DNA of 61,603 nucleotides, filler included, from Globobulimina sp. (Eukaryota): assembly GCA_003354225.1 (NCBI GenBank). It is 25 parts of 25 records of this genome, joined end to end, with 100 filler letters (N's around TTAATTAATTAA, not from the genome) between each part and the next. Parts side by side here need not be neighbours in the genome. Positions count along the whole stretch, not along the records: positions 1 to 2,371 come from PIVH01007096.1; positions 2,472 to 4,842 come from PIVH01007097.1; positions 4,943 to 7,312 come from PIVH01007098.1; positions 7,413 to 9,782 come from PIVH01007099.1; positions 9,883 to 12,252 come from PIVH01007100.1; 20 more parts are not named here. The stretch is one strand, 5' to 3'. Below are positions 1-10,873 of this stretch, piece after piece. The stretch's first letter is position 1. Each line of letters begins with the position of its first letter. The translations under genes and the position numbers were made by a program. The notes beneath the pieces were generated by a model. That model ran no database searches, was not told where the DNA came from, and worked only from the letters and a program-made list of their open reading frames with translations.

Positions 1-29
1 CCGTCAATTCCCGACTTCCGTGTATAACA

Positions 30-631
30 ATGACGATACAATTTTTGTTATTGCAAAACAGACAATGCAAAGTACGGTTAACCAAATGGTTTACGCCAGA
101 TTTTAATCAAAAATCGAAACAAAAAATACTGCGCGAGATTGGCCATACAGGGAGAAAGCGCAGCAAATCAAAGTGTAATTTTATAGAATGGAGACAATAT
201 ACAATCGTTTATAAAAGATATGCGTCATTATTCTTCATCATCTGTATTGAAGCGGGCGACAATGGGCTATTAGCAATGGAACTGATCCACCAATATGTGG
301 AGGTCTTAGATTCTTATTTTGGTAATGTTTGCGAATTAGATTTAATATTTAACTTTGATAAAGCACATTATATGTTGAACGAGTTGATTTTGGGAGGATC
401 TGTATGTATATATATATATATTTATTATGTGTTTATATTTATCAATGCCAAAATATGTAAACAAATCTCAAGGTTCAAGAAACATCCAAACGGGAAATAA
501 TTCGTTGCATTAAGCAACAGGATGATCTTGAAAAAAAAATAAAAGAAGAGAGGGGAACAAAGAAGAAAGGACTTGGACGTATTAAAAAGAGCAAAAAGAA
601 CAAAAAAAATAAGGACATATTATATATGTAA
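30..631 (+). CDS. AP1S: Adaptor protein complex small (sigma) subunit, AP-1 sigma-like; 2 exons (intron 402-472)
   Basis: Motifs IVYKRYASLFF and YFGNVCELDLIFNFDKAH. Removing the GT..AG intron 402-472 restores LGGS-VQETSKREI. Stop TAA at 629-631. Confidence 0.9.
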
Positions 632-736
632 GGACAAAGCATTATAATTTATTGTATTCAAATACTATTATTTTTTTAATACATACTAGTAACCGCATCC
701 TTGCACTTCTGAAACACTCAAAAACTGTAAACGTTA

Positions 737-1978
737 ATGGCAAAGCTAGAGATATGTTTATGCCACGGCGAGTTAAATGGATTTGTTTGGTCTGTTGATG
801 ATGCAAATGATTTAAGGGTAAAGCACCGCGTTTTGGGCAATTTTAATAACCACATTTCGAAGCGGAATGATCAGAATAAAAAGAAGAAACTTAATGATAA
901 AAACATGATAATTGGCCTTCCATTCATTTTAAATCAGCTTGAGATTCGATTATGTTTTGAATTAAACATTGCTTCCATTGTTCATCAATGTATCGATGAC
1001 AATACATTTAAATTCAGCAATGACAGCAACACAAACAATAAAAACCACAAACATAAAAATGATATTATTTATCAATTTTTTATTGAGAATAATTTAAAAA
1101 GAATGGAATCGTTGAAAGAAAAATGTCAATATCAACAAAACAAAGAACAAATCGAATCGTCGTCAATCGGACAAAAACGAACTTTGAATGAAACAGATAT
1201 TGTTCCATTTACAAATACGAATAATGCTGAATGTAAATCTAAATTATTGAGTACCTCCAATGTTATAAATAGCATTTCTCTGAACAACAATGGCAAAATT
1301 CATATTTCTCCATCACACAACGATTTCATTTTATTTCCGAAGCAGTTATTTGATGTATATTCTTTCGGTGACATATCAGTTGCAAACAACTATGATACAG
1401 AAACGTTTTGGTCCAAACTGTTTAACTTTGCAGCATCTTCAAATCGATATCAATATGGAATGTTTGAGGAACAATATGTAATTTACAAAGATTTATATGA
1501 CAATGGATTTTATATCTTAATGGACAGGCGATTTAGTGGTAATTTTGTAGTGTATCAAGAATCGCCATATGCTTCGATATCATTGCATGCTCAAATACAT
1601 TCAAAGTATATTGTCCAAATTATTTCCAAATATGCAAGACATTATAAATTTATGTTGAATCTATTGGATGAATATTGTGCGGAGACAATGAAATGTGATA
1701 ATAATATTAATGGCACTGACAAAGATACAAAGTTGTTGGAATTGGATATAAGGATAATGTGTTTTGTTCGGATTGCAGTGAATGTTAAAAAAGATATGTT
1801 ATTTGCTTATATTGGTCGACGTCGACAGATAAATAAAGTCAGATATTACATTGTAAAATGGCATTATTATAAAAACGAAGCAACTCAAATTACTGAATCT
1901 AAAACAAGTAGAAATGAGATGGATGATAATGTTGACAAAGAAATGTGGTATCAGGTTTATAGCGATTATAAACCATAA
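737..1978 (+). CDS. TSEN34: tRNA-splicing endonuclease catalytic subunit, Sen34-like
   Basis: N-terminal VWSVDDANDLR...GLPFIL and C-terminal IYKDLYDNGFY..FSGNFVVY..HSKYIV..RIAVNVKKDML resemble Sen34, with the Tyr/His/Lys triad positions present. Confidence 0.75.
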   Translation: MAKLEICLCHGELNGFVWSVDDANDLRVKHRVLGNFNNHISKRNDQNKKKKLNDKNMIIGLPFILNQLEIRLCFELNIASIVHQCIDDNTFKFSNDSNTNNKNHKHKNDIIYQFFIENNLKRMESLKEKCQYQQNKEQIESSSIGQKRTLNETDIVPFTNTNNAECKSKLLSTSNVINSISLNNNGKIHISPSHNDFILFPKQLFDVYSFGDISVANNYDTETFWSKLFNFAASSNRYQYGMFEEQYVIYKDLYDNGFYILMDRRFSGNFVVYQESPYASISLHAQIHSKYIVQIISKYARHYKFMLNLLDEYCAETMKCDNNINGTDKDTKLLELDIRIMCFVRIAVNVKKDMLFAYIGRRRQINKVRYYIVKWHYYKNEATQITESKTSRNEMDDNVDKEMWYQVYSDYKP

Positions 1979-2078
1979 AGACATAATTATCTTAGTGTCC
2001 AATGCGATTACTGTCCACCAGTTATTGTTGCAAAAAAGAAAAAAAAAACGCTTTTTACTCCAGCCATTTTAGTTAAAA

Positions 2079-2371
2079 ATGGCAACATATGACTACGTTA
2101 AAAATGGCAAAGTTCGATTATTAAAAGACCCAGATTTGACTGATGTGGACACAGACTCCAGTTCCGATGAACAACATCAACAACAACAAAATATTGGCAG
2201 TGTTTGGTGTTGGCAGAGTGATTATGGATATCAACCATATGATTTATCAGTGTCAAACAAATTGGATGGATTACATATTGGTGAGGTTTATAAATTATAT
2301 ATAAATAACACAACCTATGAAATTAAAAAAACAGCAAATGATGAAGCAATCCAAACAAATATAAGCAATGG
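2079..2371 (+). CDS. WWE-domain protein, 3'-truncated
   Basis: VWCWQSDYGYQPYD..VSNKLD...YINNTTYEI..AIQTN fits the WWE pattern. The ORF runs into the linker. Confidence 0.6.
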
Positions 2372-2471
2372 NNNNNNNNNNNNNNNNNNNNNNNNNNNNN
2401 NNNNNNNNNNNNNNNTTAATTAATTAANNNNNNNNNNNNNNNNNNNNNNNNNNNNNNNNNNNNNNNNNNNN
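2372..2471. other. Artificial contig-joining linker (N44-TTAATTAATTAA-N44); first of 24 such linkers spaced about every 2.47 kb
   Basis: The same N-padded all-frame-stop sequence recurs at 4843, 7313, 9783, 12253 and so on to 59139. Contig lengths fall monotonically from 2371 to 2365 nt. Confidence 0.99.
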
Positions 2472-2564
2472 TGTCCTCTGCTCCTTGCACTAAAACATCA
2501 ACATTTATTTTCTTTCCTTTTTAAACCATTCCTCCGTCTCTAAAGAATTGCGCCATTACTCCAA

Positions 2565-4340
2565 ATGTTTAACAACAACAAACCAAATCGGGAATTCCAA
2601 TCCGGATTAAAGACCGAAGAGCGGCGTCGATCGCGCCAAGATGACCGGTTGCGACTTCGCAGAGTCGATCGCGAAAATAGATTACAAAAAAAACGGCAAA
2701 CCTTAGCCGATCGCAATGCAAACAGCGCCGCCACAAACAGCCAGAACCAGCACCAAAGCAACAACGCTGGCAACACTCCCCAAAAACAGCAAGAGATGAT
2801 GCGCAAACAACAAATGCTGTCACAATTACCCAACTTTGTGAAAGGATGCTATTCGGACCACCCGGCCACGCAATTCGAGTGCACCCAACGTATTCGCAAA
2901 TTGCTGTCCATCCCCAACGAGCCGCCGATATTGGCGGTGATCGATTCGGGCGTAGTGACCCGTTTGGTGCAGTTCCTGCAGTTCACGAAATTCGACCGCT
3001 TGCAGTTTGAGGCCGCCTGGGCGTTAACTAACATCGCTTCGGGCACTGCCGAGAACACCGCGGTGGTGATCCGCTACGGCGCGGTGCCTATCTTCGTCAA
3101 GCTATTGGACAGCGAGTCTATGGAAGTGCGGGAGCAGGCCATTTGGGCCTTGGGCAACATCGCCGGCGACTCTCCAGAATGCCGCAATTTGGTGTTGCAG
3201 CACGGCGGCTTGTCTTCGTTGCTGCCTTTGTTGCGGTCCTCCACCTCCTTATATTGCGAGATCACGTTGTTACGCAACGCGACCTGGACCTTATCCAACT
3301 TCTGCCGCGGCAAACCGTCGCCGGACTGGAAATATGTGCAGTTGGCCATCAAAGCGCTGTCTATCATGATCACGTCCGACGACACCGAGATATTACAAGA
3401 CTGCGCCTGGGCCTTTTCCTATTTATCCGACGTCAACGACTCGCATCAACTCAGCTCCTCGCAAGTGATGAAGGCGATCATCGCCAGCGGGTCGTTGGAT
3501 CGCTTGATCTCGTTATTGGAGCACGAGGCGTCCAATGTGCGCCACCCTTCGTTGCGCACCATCGGCAACATTGTGACCGGCTGCGACCAGCAAACGCAAC
3601 GGGTGCTCAACTTGGGCGTCTTGAAGAAATTGCATCACTTATTGTTGGGCAATGGCATCCATTCGGATCGCGGCTGCGGCGCTATCAAACGCGAGGCCTG
3701 TTGGACGATATCGAATATCACGGCGGGCTCCGCCGAGCAGATCGAAGCGGTGATTTGTAACAATTTGATACCGGTTTTGATTCAGATACTGTCGCGGGAG
3801 AGGTTTGAGATCAGTAAAGAGGCACTTTGGGCCATCTCGAATGCGACCAGCGGCGGCACGGATGTGCAGGTTCAGTTTCTGGTGAATCAGGGCGTTATTC
3901 AGCCGCTGTGCAGGTTCTTCAATCCGGCGCTGATGAAGTCGCATAAGTGCTTATTGGTGGCGTTGGAAGGCATCGATAACATATTGGCGGTGGGCGTGCG
4001 TGGCGGGACACAAATTGCGAGCAATTATTGCAGGTTTGTGGAGGAAGCGGGCGGCGTGGACTATTTGGAGGAGATTCAGGCTATGCAATCTATTCCGGAC
4101 GAGATCTATGACAAAGCGGCGCAAATCGTGAAAAGCTATTTTGGTGCACAGGATATGCCGCTGCCGAATAATAATATGAATGTTGGATCGAATAATAATG
4201 GACAGTCACAGAATAATAATCATAATGGACAGAATAATATGTTTAATTTTGGAATTGTAAATAATAACAATCATAATAATGGGCAGAATAATGATAATAA
4301 CAATGGTGGGAATGGTGCGCCGCCACAGTTTAATTTTTGA
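2565..4340 (+). CDS. KPNA: Importin subunit alpha (karyopherin alpha)
   Basis: IBB domain (RRRSRQDDRLRLRR..RE..LQKKR), ARM repeats (LQFEAAWALTNIASG, EQAIWALGNIAGDS, REACWTISNITAG) and C-terminal FNF. Intronless. Confidence 0.97.
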   Translation: MFNNNKPNREFQSGLKTEERRRSRQDDRLRLRRVDRENRLQKKRQTLADRNANSAATNSQNQHQSNNAGNTPQKQQEMMRKQQMLSQLPNFVKGCYSDHPATQFECTQRIRKLLSIPNEPPILAVIDSGVVTRLVQFLQFTKFDRLQFEAAWALTNIASGTAENTAVVIRYGAVPIFVKLLDSESMEVREQAIWALGNIAGDSPECRNLVLQHGGLSSLLPLLRSSTSLYCEITLLRNATWTLSNFCRGKPSPDWKYVQLAIKALSIMITSDDTEILQDCAWAFSYLSDVNDSHQLSSSQVMKAIIASGSLDRLISLLEHEASNVRHPSLRTIGNIVTGCDQQTQRVLNLGVLKKLHHLLLGNGIHSDRGCGAIKREACWTISNITAGSAEQIEAVICNNLIPVLIQILSRERFEISKEALWAISNATSGGTDVQVQFLVNQGVIQPLCRFFNPALMKSHKCLLVALEGIDNILAVGVRGGTQIASNYCRFVEEAGGVDYLEEIQAMQSIPDEIYDKAAQIVKSYFGAQDMPLPNNNMNVGSNNNGQSQNNNHNGQNNMFNFGIVNNNNHNNGQNNDNNNGGNGAPPQFNF

Positions 4341-6002
4341 TTGAGTTTGAAACGTTTGATATTGATGAAAGCAAAAAGTGACTAGTAGTTTTTTTTTGGA
4401 TTTTAAGTTTGAACAATTTAAAATGTATTTTCTCATTTAATTTTACACTTATTTTTCATAATTTTCATTATTTACTCTGGAGGAATCAATAGATGCAGGA
4501 GATCGTTTTTGTGCAATTGCGCTCCATCGCATGTATATGCGGCGCAAGGTTGTAAACGCCGTTTTTGTGCAAGTATCTACTTCAAATTTCCAGATGATAG
4601 CGGATTTCCTTAAGGATTCATCATGTGAATTATGGATGGCGTTATCCATAAATTGAATGCACATCTGATTGAGTATTTAATTTATGGATAATGCACATCA
4701 AAGACATTTGACGTCTGACTGTTTTCTGTTTTTCATGAAGCAATTGATGCAAGCGCTTCAACGTGGATTTCCACGTGTTCATACATTGGGGGTTATGTCA
4801 CAAAAGCGGTTCGTATTTTCTTTTAACCCCACCTCATCTCCTNNNNNNNNNNNNNNNNNNNNNNNNNNNNNNNNNNNNNNNNNNNNTTAATTAATTAANN
4901 NNNNNNNNNNNNNNNNNNNNNNNNNNNNNNNNNNNNNNNNNNATTATTTAAATAAATACAAGACATTAAATAAAGATATATATTGTTACTTATTCACTGT
5001 TGAAACTTGTTTTTTTTTGCGATTGGTACTGTTTTTTTGTTTTGATATTTCTTTTTTTTTCTTACATTGCTAAAATTCCATGCAAAAAATTCCTTAATAT
5101 GTTGGGCCATTTAATTCCAAATCCCTACTTTAGCCAATTTTTGAACATGAATAAAATGTGTTTGTTATCATAAAATGTATCCAAATCCTCCACAATATCC
5201 GACCGAGTGTCTTTGGGAAATTCTGTGCAGCCTCGCCTTGAAATAATATGTTTTCCATATCACCAAATAAACCTTTTTTTAATGCCCAAAATTCTATCAA
5301 CAAACATGAAACAAAAATAAATTAATTAACTTATTTAGCGGCAAAAATAGTTGTTGTTGCCGAATATGCCTTCTTTTTTGTGATAAAATCCAATGGAAAG
5401 GCAATTATTTTGCGTTTTCCATAAAATAATCAAAATATTTTAAAAATTATAACGTTTTTGATGGTAATAATGAAGGCGTCGTTGGACGCCGTGTTTAAGC
5501 AATATTTGACATAAAATAGTAATTTTTGTGGCATTCTTGATATAATTCACCATATTCTAATAAATTATTTATATTTGAAGCAGTTGGTGGTGTTTTAATC
5601 GATGCGTTTTCTTTTGTTTGTTTCTTTAAAATATTTAAAAATTTACAATCCGTTTTATTTTAATATGTTTTATATAATTATTAATATGCAAATAATGCCT
5701 TGTAATTGATAATAATTTTAATGCAAAATACTTATAATTTGTTAAAAACGATCCAATGCCATATAATTTGAGCTTTTTTATTTGTTTTAAACCAATCTTT
5801 ACATATAAAAATTGATAGAATTGCGTATCAATACGGCGTTGTTTAATATGTGCGATTTTTATATTAATGTCCATGTTTGAATGTAATTCGTTGATATTGA
5901 ACATAATGATGCCATTAATTGAATCTACTGTGTTTGTGTAGTGTCATGTTGCTGGTGACATGAATAAATCGTTTACAAAAAGTTTACAAAAAAAGATTTG
6001 AA

Positions 6003-7312
6003 ATGTCGTCAAAGTTAACTGGACTCGCGCGTTATCGTAGAAACAAGATTAAAAATGATAAAATATTTCGTGATAATGGCCAAAAATATGGCAAGGGCGA
6101 CAGTTCTATGGATAACCCGCCATTTGCAGATATAACAGATACAAATAATAACCAACAAAGCAAATCTGATATCGATATGATTGATCATAATAATAACAAT
6201 AATACCAATACAAAATCAGTGACACAGCATAAACAACAATGTGGTGTACCACCGTCTCTCAAATTAGCAAATGCAACTAAAAAAATTAATAAATTAAAAA
6301 GAAATAAATTTACATTGCTTGGAAGAAGTAAATATCAAAAAAATGCCACCATCAAACTCCAATATAAACTTAAAAACGCATATAAAGAAAATAGAATTTT
6401 AAAAAAAAAATTATTTAAAATGCAAAAAAATAAATCAATCAATATACTGTGTCAAAACAAACATTTATTTGAAAAAATATTGAAAGAGAGAGAGAATAAA
6501 TTAAAACGATCTGAAATAACCACATTGAAGGTTATGGGAGATACAATAACGCGAATTGTTGCTCGTAACAAAGCAAAAAAATGGAGCAAACCAAATAAAA
6601 AACCATCAACAATTAAAAGATATAAAAGAAAGGAAATAAGTGAAATTGAAAGATTTATTGATAATCATTGCCAAAAGTTATTATTTTTTTTATATTAATA
6701 TTTGATAAATTGTTTAAATATTTTAACTAGTGATCCAGAACGAAAGAAGGCAATTTATCAAACGTTGGCAAAGAGGAATATCGTTGGTTTCCATTCAAAA
6801 TATGATGTTGCAGAAACGTTACAATTTATGGCTGAGGTCGGGCTCAATCCATTCATTTTAGATAAAAGTATGTGTATGCACTGACATATATGTATTCAAA
6901 ACTTTTTTAATTATGTGTTTTGTAATTAGTGCAACCGAAAATTAAAAAAAAACTGACATGGCCACTTTTTGGAAGTCACACCAAAGTCGGTGAAATATAT
7001 AAAAAATGCAAACCCACCACCTCCGAAATTACACAGTTAGTGTTAGGAAGACGGAAAAGTAGCAGAGAATGGAAAATGGGAAATAAAACAGTTGCGACTA
7101 ACGTCTATTTTGTTGAGTGGCAAGAAGCGTTAGCCTTAAATATTAAAAATAATATTGACAGTGGAATATATCAAATTCCAGATGCAATTGAATCAAATTC
7201 AATTGTATATCATATTGGAGCGGATGCAGGGAAAAAAATATTTCAAATGTCAATATCATCTCTGACATGTGCGCATCCATGCAGTCCGAAAAATTCCGTT
7301 GTTTTTATATCA
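6003..7312 (+). mobile_element. Transib/RAG1-like DDE transposase gene, 3 exons (introns 6677-6730, 6868-6929), 3'-truncated
   Basis: Two GT..AG introns join three ORFs in frame. The spliced product contains ETLQFMAEVGL..LFGSHTKVGEIYKKCKP (Transib-like helix plus IFPSY..V...KK.C.P) and IVYHIGADAG..FQMS..HPCSPKN (first catalytic Asp strand plus PxS motif). Confidence 0.6.
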
Positions 7313-7514
7313 NNNNNNNNNNNNNNNNNNNNNNNNNNNNNNNNNNNNNNNNNNNNTTAATTAATTAANNNNNNNNNNNNNNNNNNNNNNNNNNNNNNNN
7401 NNNNNNNNNNNNGATAGGTAGAAATCCTATACTCCCATATATATAGCAACGTTTTTTTGTTTTTATTTTATTTTTGTTTTAAGTGCATCAATTGCTGAGG
7501 CTGGGCAATGTGAT

Positions 7515-7835
7515 TAGTTTCTAAATAGTTTCTAAAATAGTTACTAAATAGTAGCTAAATCGTTGCTGAATAGCCTAGGTTTCTAAATACTTGCTAAATA
7601 GTTGCGCATTATCGTTTTTATTTTGAAATAATTACTAAATAGTAACTAATTAATATATATTATATATTAGTATATATTAGTACTAAAATATATATTAGCC
7701 CTTGACAGCTCCACCATTTACAAAATATATGATTAGATAAAATATATATTTTAGTACTAATATGCGAACCTCTTATCCGGAACACTACTGTAGTTGCATT
7801 TTTGTTTTTGGATTGAAATAGTCACTAAATAGTTA
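7515..7835. repeat. Degenerate ~11-bp tandem array (AGTT[T/A/G]CTAAAT) plus a perfect 23-bp inverted repeat (7674-7696 / 7741-7763)
   Basis: Repeated ctaaatag units. atattagtactaaaatatatatt and its exact reverse complement are separated by 44 nt. Confidence 0.8.
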
Positions 7836-8057
7836 TGTGGTAACTAATCAGATTTCCCAGTCTCCATTTGCTTCAAAAGTGCAGAAAAAAAAATATAGGA
7901 AAAAAAAATTAATTTAAAGCTTTTCTTGAAGTGAGCTAGAGTCCTTACATTTGTTTTGAGTGTTTTTTTCAAACCTAACATCCACAAAAGTTTCGTGGCA
8001 TATATTATGTCAATATATTGAATTGCTTTTAGTAAATAATGCACAATAAAAATTTAA

Positions 8058-9782
8058 GTGAGAGGATTGTATATAAGCGATGATGAACAACAAGAATTAT
8101 TACATGAATTGCAAGATAATAGTTGCAGTGGCAATACCCACCACCAAAACAATACCCTTGATAACGATAATATTGTTGATGCAATTGTGGCAATTAACAA
8201 TGAAGTGATAATACATAATAAACATACAAAGCATAGAAATTATGAATCACCCAAATATCGTTGGTTTGTTTTAGTAATTTTAGGGATACAAAGTATTTCA
8301 ATTTGGTATTGTTTTGATACATTAAGCATTTTACATAATGAATTTTATGATGAATTTAAACTAACAAATTTCGAGTACAATTTATTATATTCATTTGCGG
8401 TGTTTCCATCAGTAATATTAGCGATATTTGCTTCATATATTATTGATAAATATGGTATAACATATTCACTTTTAATATCATTGTTATTTTCATTTTGCGG
8501 CGAATCATTATTTGCCATTTCCTGTACACGATTATCATATACAATCATGTTAATTGCACGTTCATTGTACGGAATTGGTTGTTCATTCAACAGCATATGT
8601 TCTTTTATAATCATATATCACTACTTCAATACTCGCGAGTTTGCAACTTCGTTATCAATCTCATTTAGTTGCATCCGTTTAGCCTTTATAATGAATGACT
8701 TTATCACCACTTACATTGTGAATGCATTTGGTTCCATAGCATTATCAATTTGGTTTGGTGTAATCTTAATATTTCTATCCTTTATTTGTACATTGTATAT
8801 GTTGGGGAAAAATATTTCATGGCTTTACATGAATAATTATAATGATCAAGAAACGGAAGAAGAAGAAGAAGAAATAGCAGAAATCAGCAATATTCATACA
8901 ATACAACTAAATCCATCACATTTATATTCATTTAAAATCGGATTTTGGTTATTATCATTAATTTGCGGTTTAGGATTTGCATTTTTTTCAACATGGAATA
9001 GCATTGGCGTTGAATTGATGCATTCGCGCTATGGATTGGATGAAGCGACGGCAGATTACTACCTCTTAATATTATATATAATTCCATGCATTTTATCCCC
9101 TTTAAATGGTTTATTATTAGATAGAAACAAACGTTTTTACTCAACTTTATTAGTTGGTGGTATTTTAGGCATTGTCGGACACATTTTGATGATGATAAGA
9201 CTAAATATAAAAAATGAATATTTTTTATGGATAAATTATGCATCCTCATCACCAACATTATCATTGATATTCATTGCTTTTGGATATACATTATTTAATT
9301 CTGCATTATGGCCAAGCATTCCATATATGATCGATGCGAAAAAATTAGGCAGCGGCTATGGATTTATTTATGCAATGTATTGTGTTTGTTATTCAATATC
9401 TCAATTAATGATACCAATGTTTATAAAAAATGAATCAAGTAACAATGTGTCGAAATATGATTATGTTTGTGTATACTTAATAGCTTTATCCATAATATAT
9501 TGCATTCTCAGCATAATCTTATGGCTATGGAAAAAAGACGATGATTATAGAGTTATTCAATATAAATCTATTTCATCCATCTCGCCATTGACAATTGCAA
9601 TCAATGAAGATGTGGATATGGATATGGATGATATGGCTGATATGGATGAAGAAGGTGATATGGACGAATATGGCATAGGTTCAACATGTACAATGATGGG
9701 AGCAGTTGATTGCAATCTATCTACAATGTCTTTGTTCAGTGATGATCACAGCAAAGAAAGTGAATTGCATTTGCATCATGCG
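8058..9782 (+). CDS. Major facilitator superfamily transporter (MFSD1-like); true start uncertain, 3'-truncated
   Basis: About 12 hydrophobic helices. Motifs YRWFVL, EYNLLYS, IIDKYG, GLLLDRN and SALWPSIPY..KKLGSGYG. Confidence 0.85.
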
Positions 9783-9882
9783 NNNNNNNNNNNNNNNNNN
9801 NNNNNNNNNNNNNNNNNNNNNNNNNNTTAATTAATTAANNNNNNNNNNNNNNNNNNNNNNNNNNNNNNNNNNNNNNNNNNNN

Positions 9883-10503
9883 CTGGAATACTTATATGAG
9901 AAAAAGAGGATTCGCGCGTTGGGCGTGGCGCAGTTTAACGTGTCGCAGTTGACTGCGCTGATACGGCATAAACAAAAACATATCCCTTTGAGTGTGGTGC
10001 GGGATTGGAGGGATCCGTTGCATCCAAGCACCGCGGTGCTGCAATGGTGCAATGCCAACAATATTGTGTTCCAAGCATTCAGTCCGTTGGGTGGCCAACA
10101 TTTAGCTAAAAATAATGGAATTGTGAATCCAGTGCTAAACCATCCCACTTTGACGCAAATTGCAAGCAGCAATGGAATGGAAGCAGCACAGGTTGTGATT
10201 ACATGGAATATGATGCGGAATGTTGGCGTTATATTGAAAACAACGGATATTGACCACTTGTCGGAGAATTTGGATAGTTTTAGTTTTGCTAAATTGACAG
10301 ATGAGGAGTTGTATGAAATAGATATGTTGGGACTTTCTAAAAGTTCTAAAACACAGTCACAGATAATGGAGAAAAATGGAAATACGATTAAACGTAAAAT
10401 GAGGAGACAGCAAACCATCAGAAACCGAAAAAGAAAAGTTCAAACGCAAGCAAATCAGGAAGAGGCAGAGGAAGAAAGTGTTGAATTAATGGATGATTTG
10501 TAG
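9883..10503 (+). CDS. Aldo/keto reductase, C-terminal part (5'-truncated)
   Basis: RIRALGVAQF, NIVFQAFSPLG, AQVVITW and HLSENLDSFSFAKLTDEE. The frame is open from the contig start. Confidence 0.85.
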   Translation: MEYLYEKKRIRALGVAQFNVSQLTALIRHKQKHIPLSVVRDWRDPLHPSTAVLQWCNANNIVFQAFSPLGGQHLAKNNGIVNPVLNHPTLTQIASSNGMEAAQVVITWNMMRNVGVILKTTDIDHLSENLDSFSFAKLTDEELYEIDMLGLSKSSKTQSQIMEKNGNTIKRKMRRQQTIRNRKRKVQTQANQEEAEEESVELMDDL

Positions 10504-10873
10504 CATTAATTATTGCATTTCTTGTCTACACCAAATTCTCTTTAATATATATTATATATATTTTTACCGCTCTTCCTTGCAACATAACAAAAATTGCCAC
10601 CTTTCTTTCAGGAAAAGTACCCCTGACATAGCAGATTAGCAGTAAGAATATTGGCCCTTTTTTTTTGATTGGCATGTTTTCATTTATTGCGGCACATTGT
10701 TGCCCTTTTACTCTTACTACTTAGGTGCAAGGATAATAACTACATTAAATTTGATGAGATGCAAATCGTAACTAAATAATACATTGCATAAAGTTTATAT
10801 AATTTATGCAATGTAGACATTATTTACATTCATCACATTATTATTATTATATATGTGTTGCAAACAGCATTCA

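Noticed and set aside
2540-3944. Overlapping alternative-frame and antisense ORFs in importin alpha (also in ASCC3 and HslU)
   Set aside because: These are shadow ORFs caused by higher GC and codon bias, with no recognisable motifs.
4943-5904. Possible RAG2-like partner gene next to the transposase
   Set aside because: Only short interrupted minus-strand frames with no kelch or PHD pattern, and the orientation is divergent rather than convergent.
5945-5995. RSS nonamer-like ACAAAAAGT tandem upstream of the RAG1-like gene
   Set aside because: There is no CACAGTG-like heptamer 12 or 23 nt upstream, and A-runs are common in this AT-rich DNA.
7413-7440. tRNA T-arm-like hairpin ATAGG-TAGAAAT-CCTAT followed by ACTCCCA
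   Set aside because: The loop lacks TTC and the 5' part is cut off by the contig edge, so a tRNA call cannot be supported.
10695-10720. U5 snRNA loop-I-like GCCCTTTTAC
   Set aside because: It has an extra C, no flanking stem and no Sm-site context.
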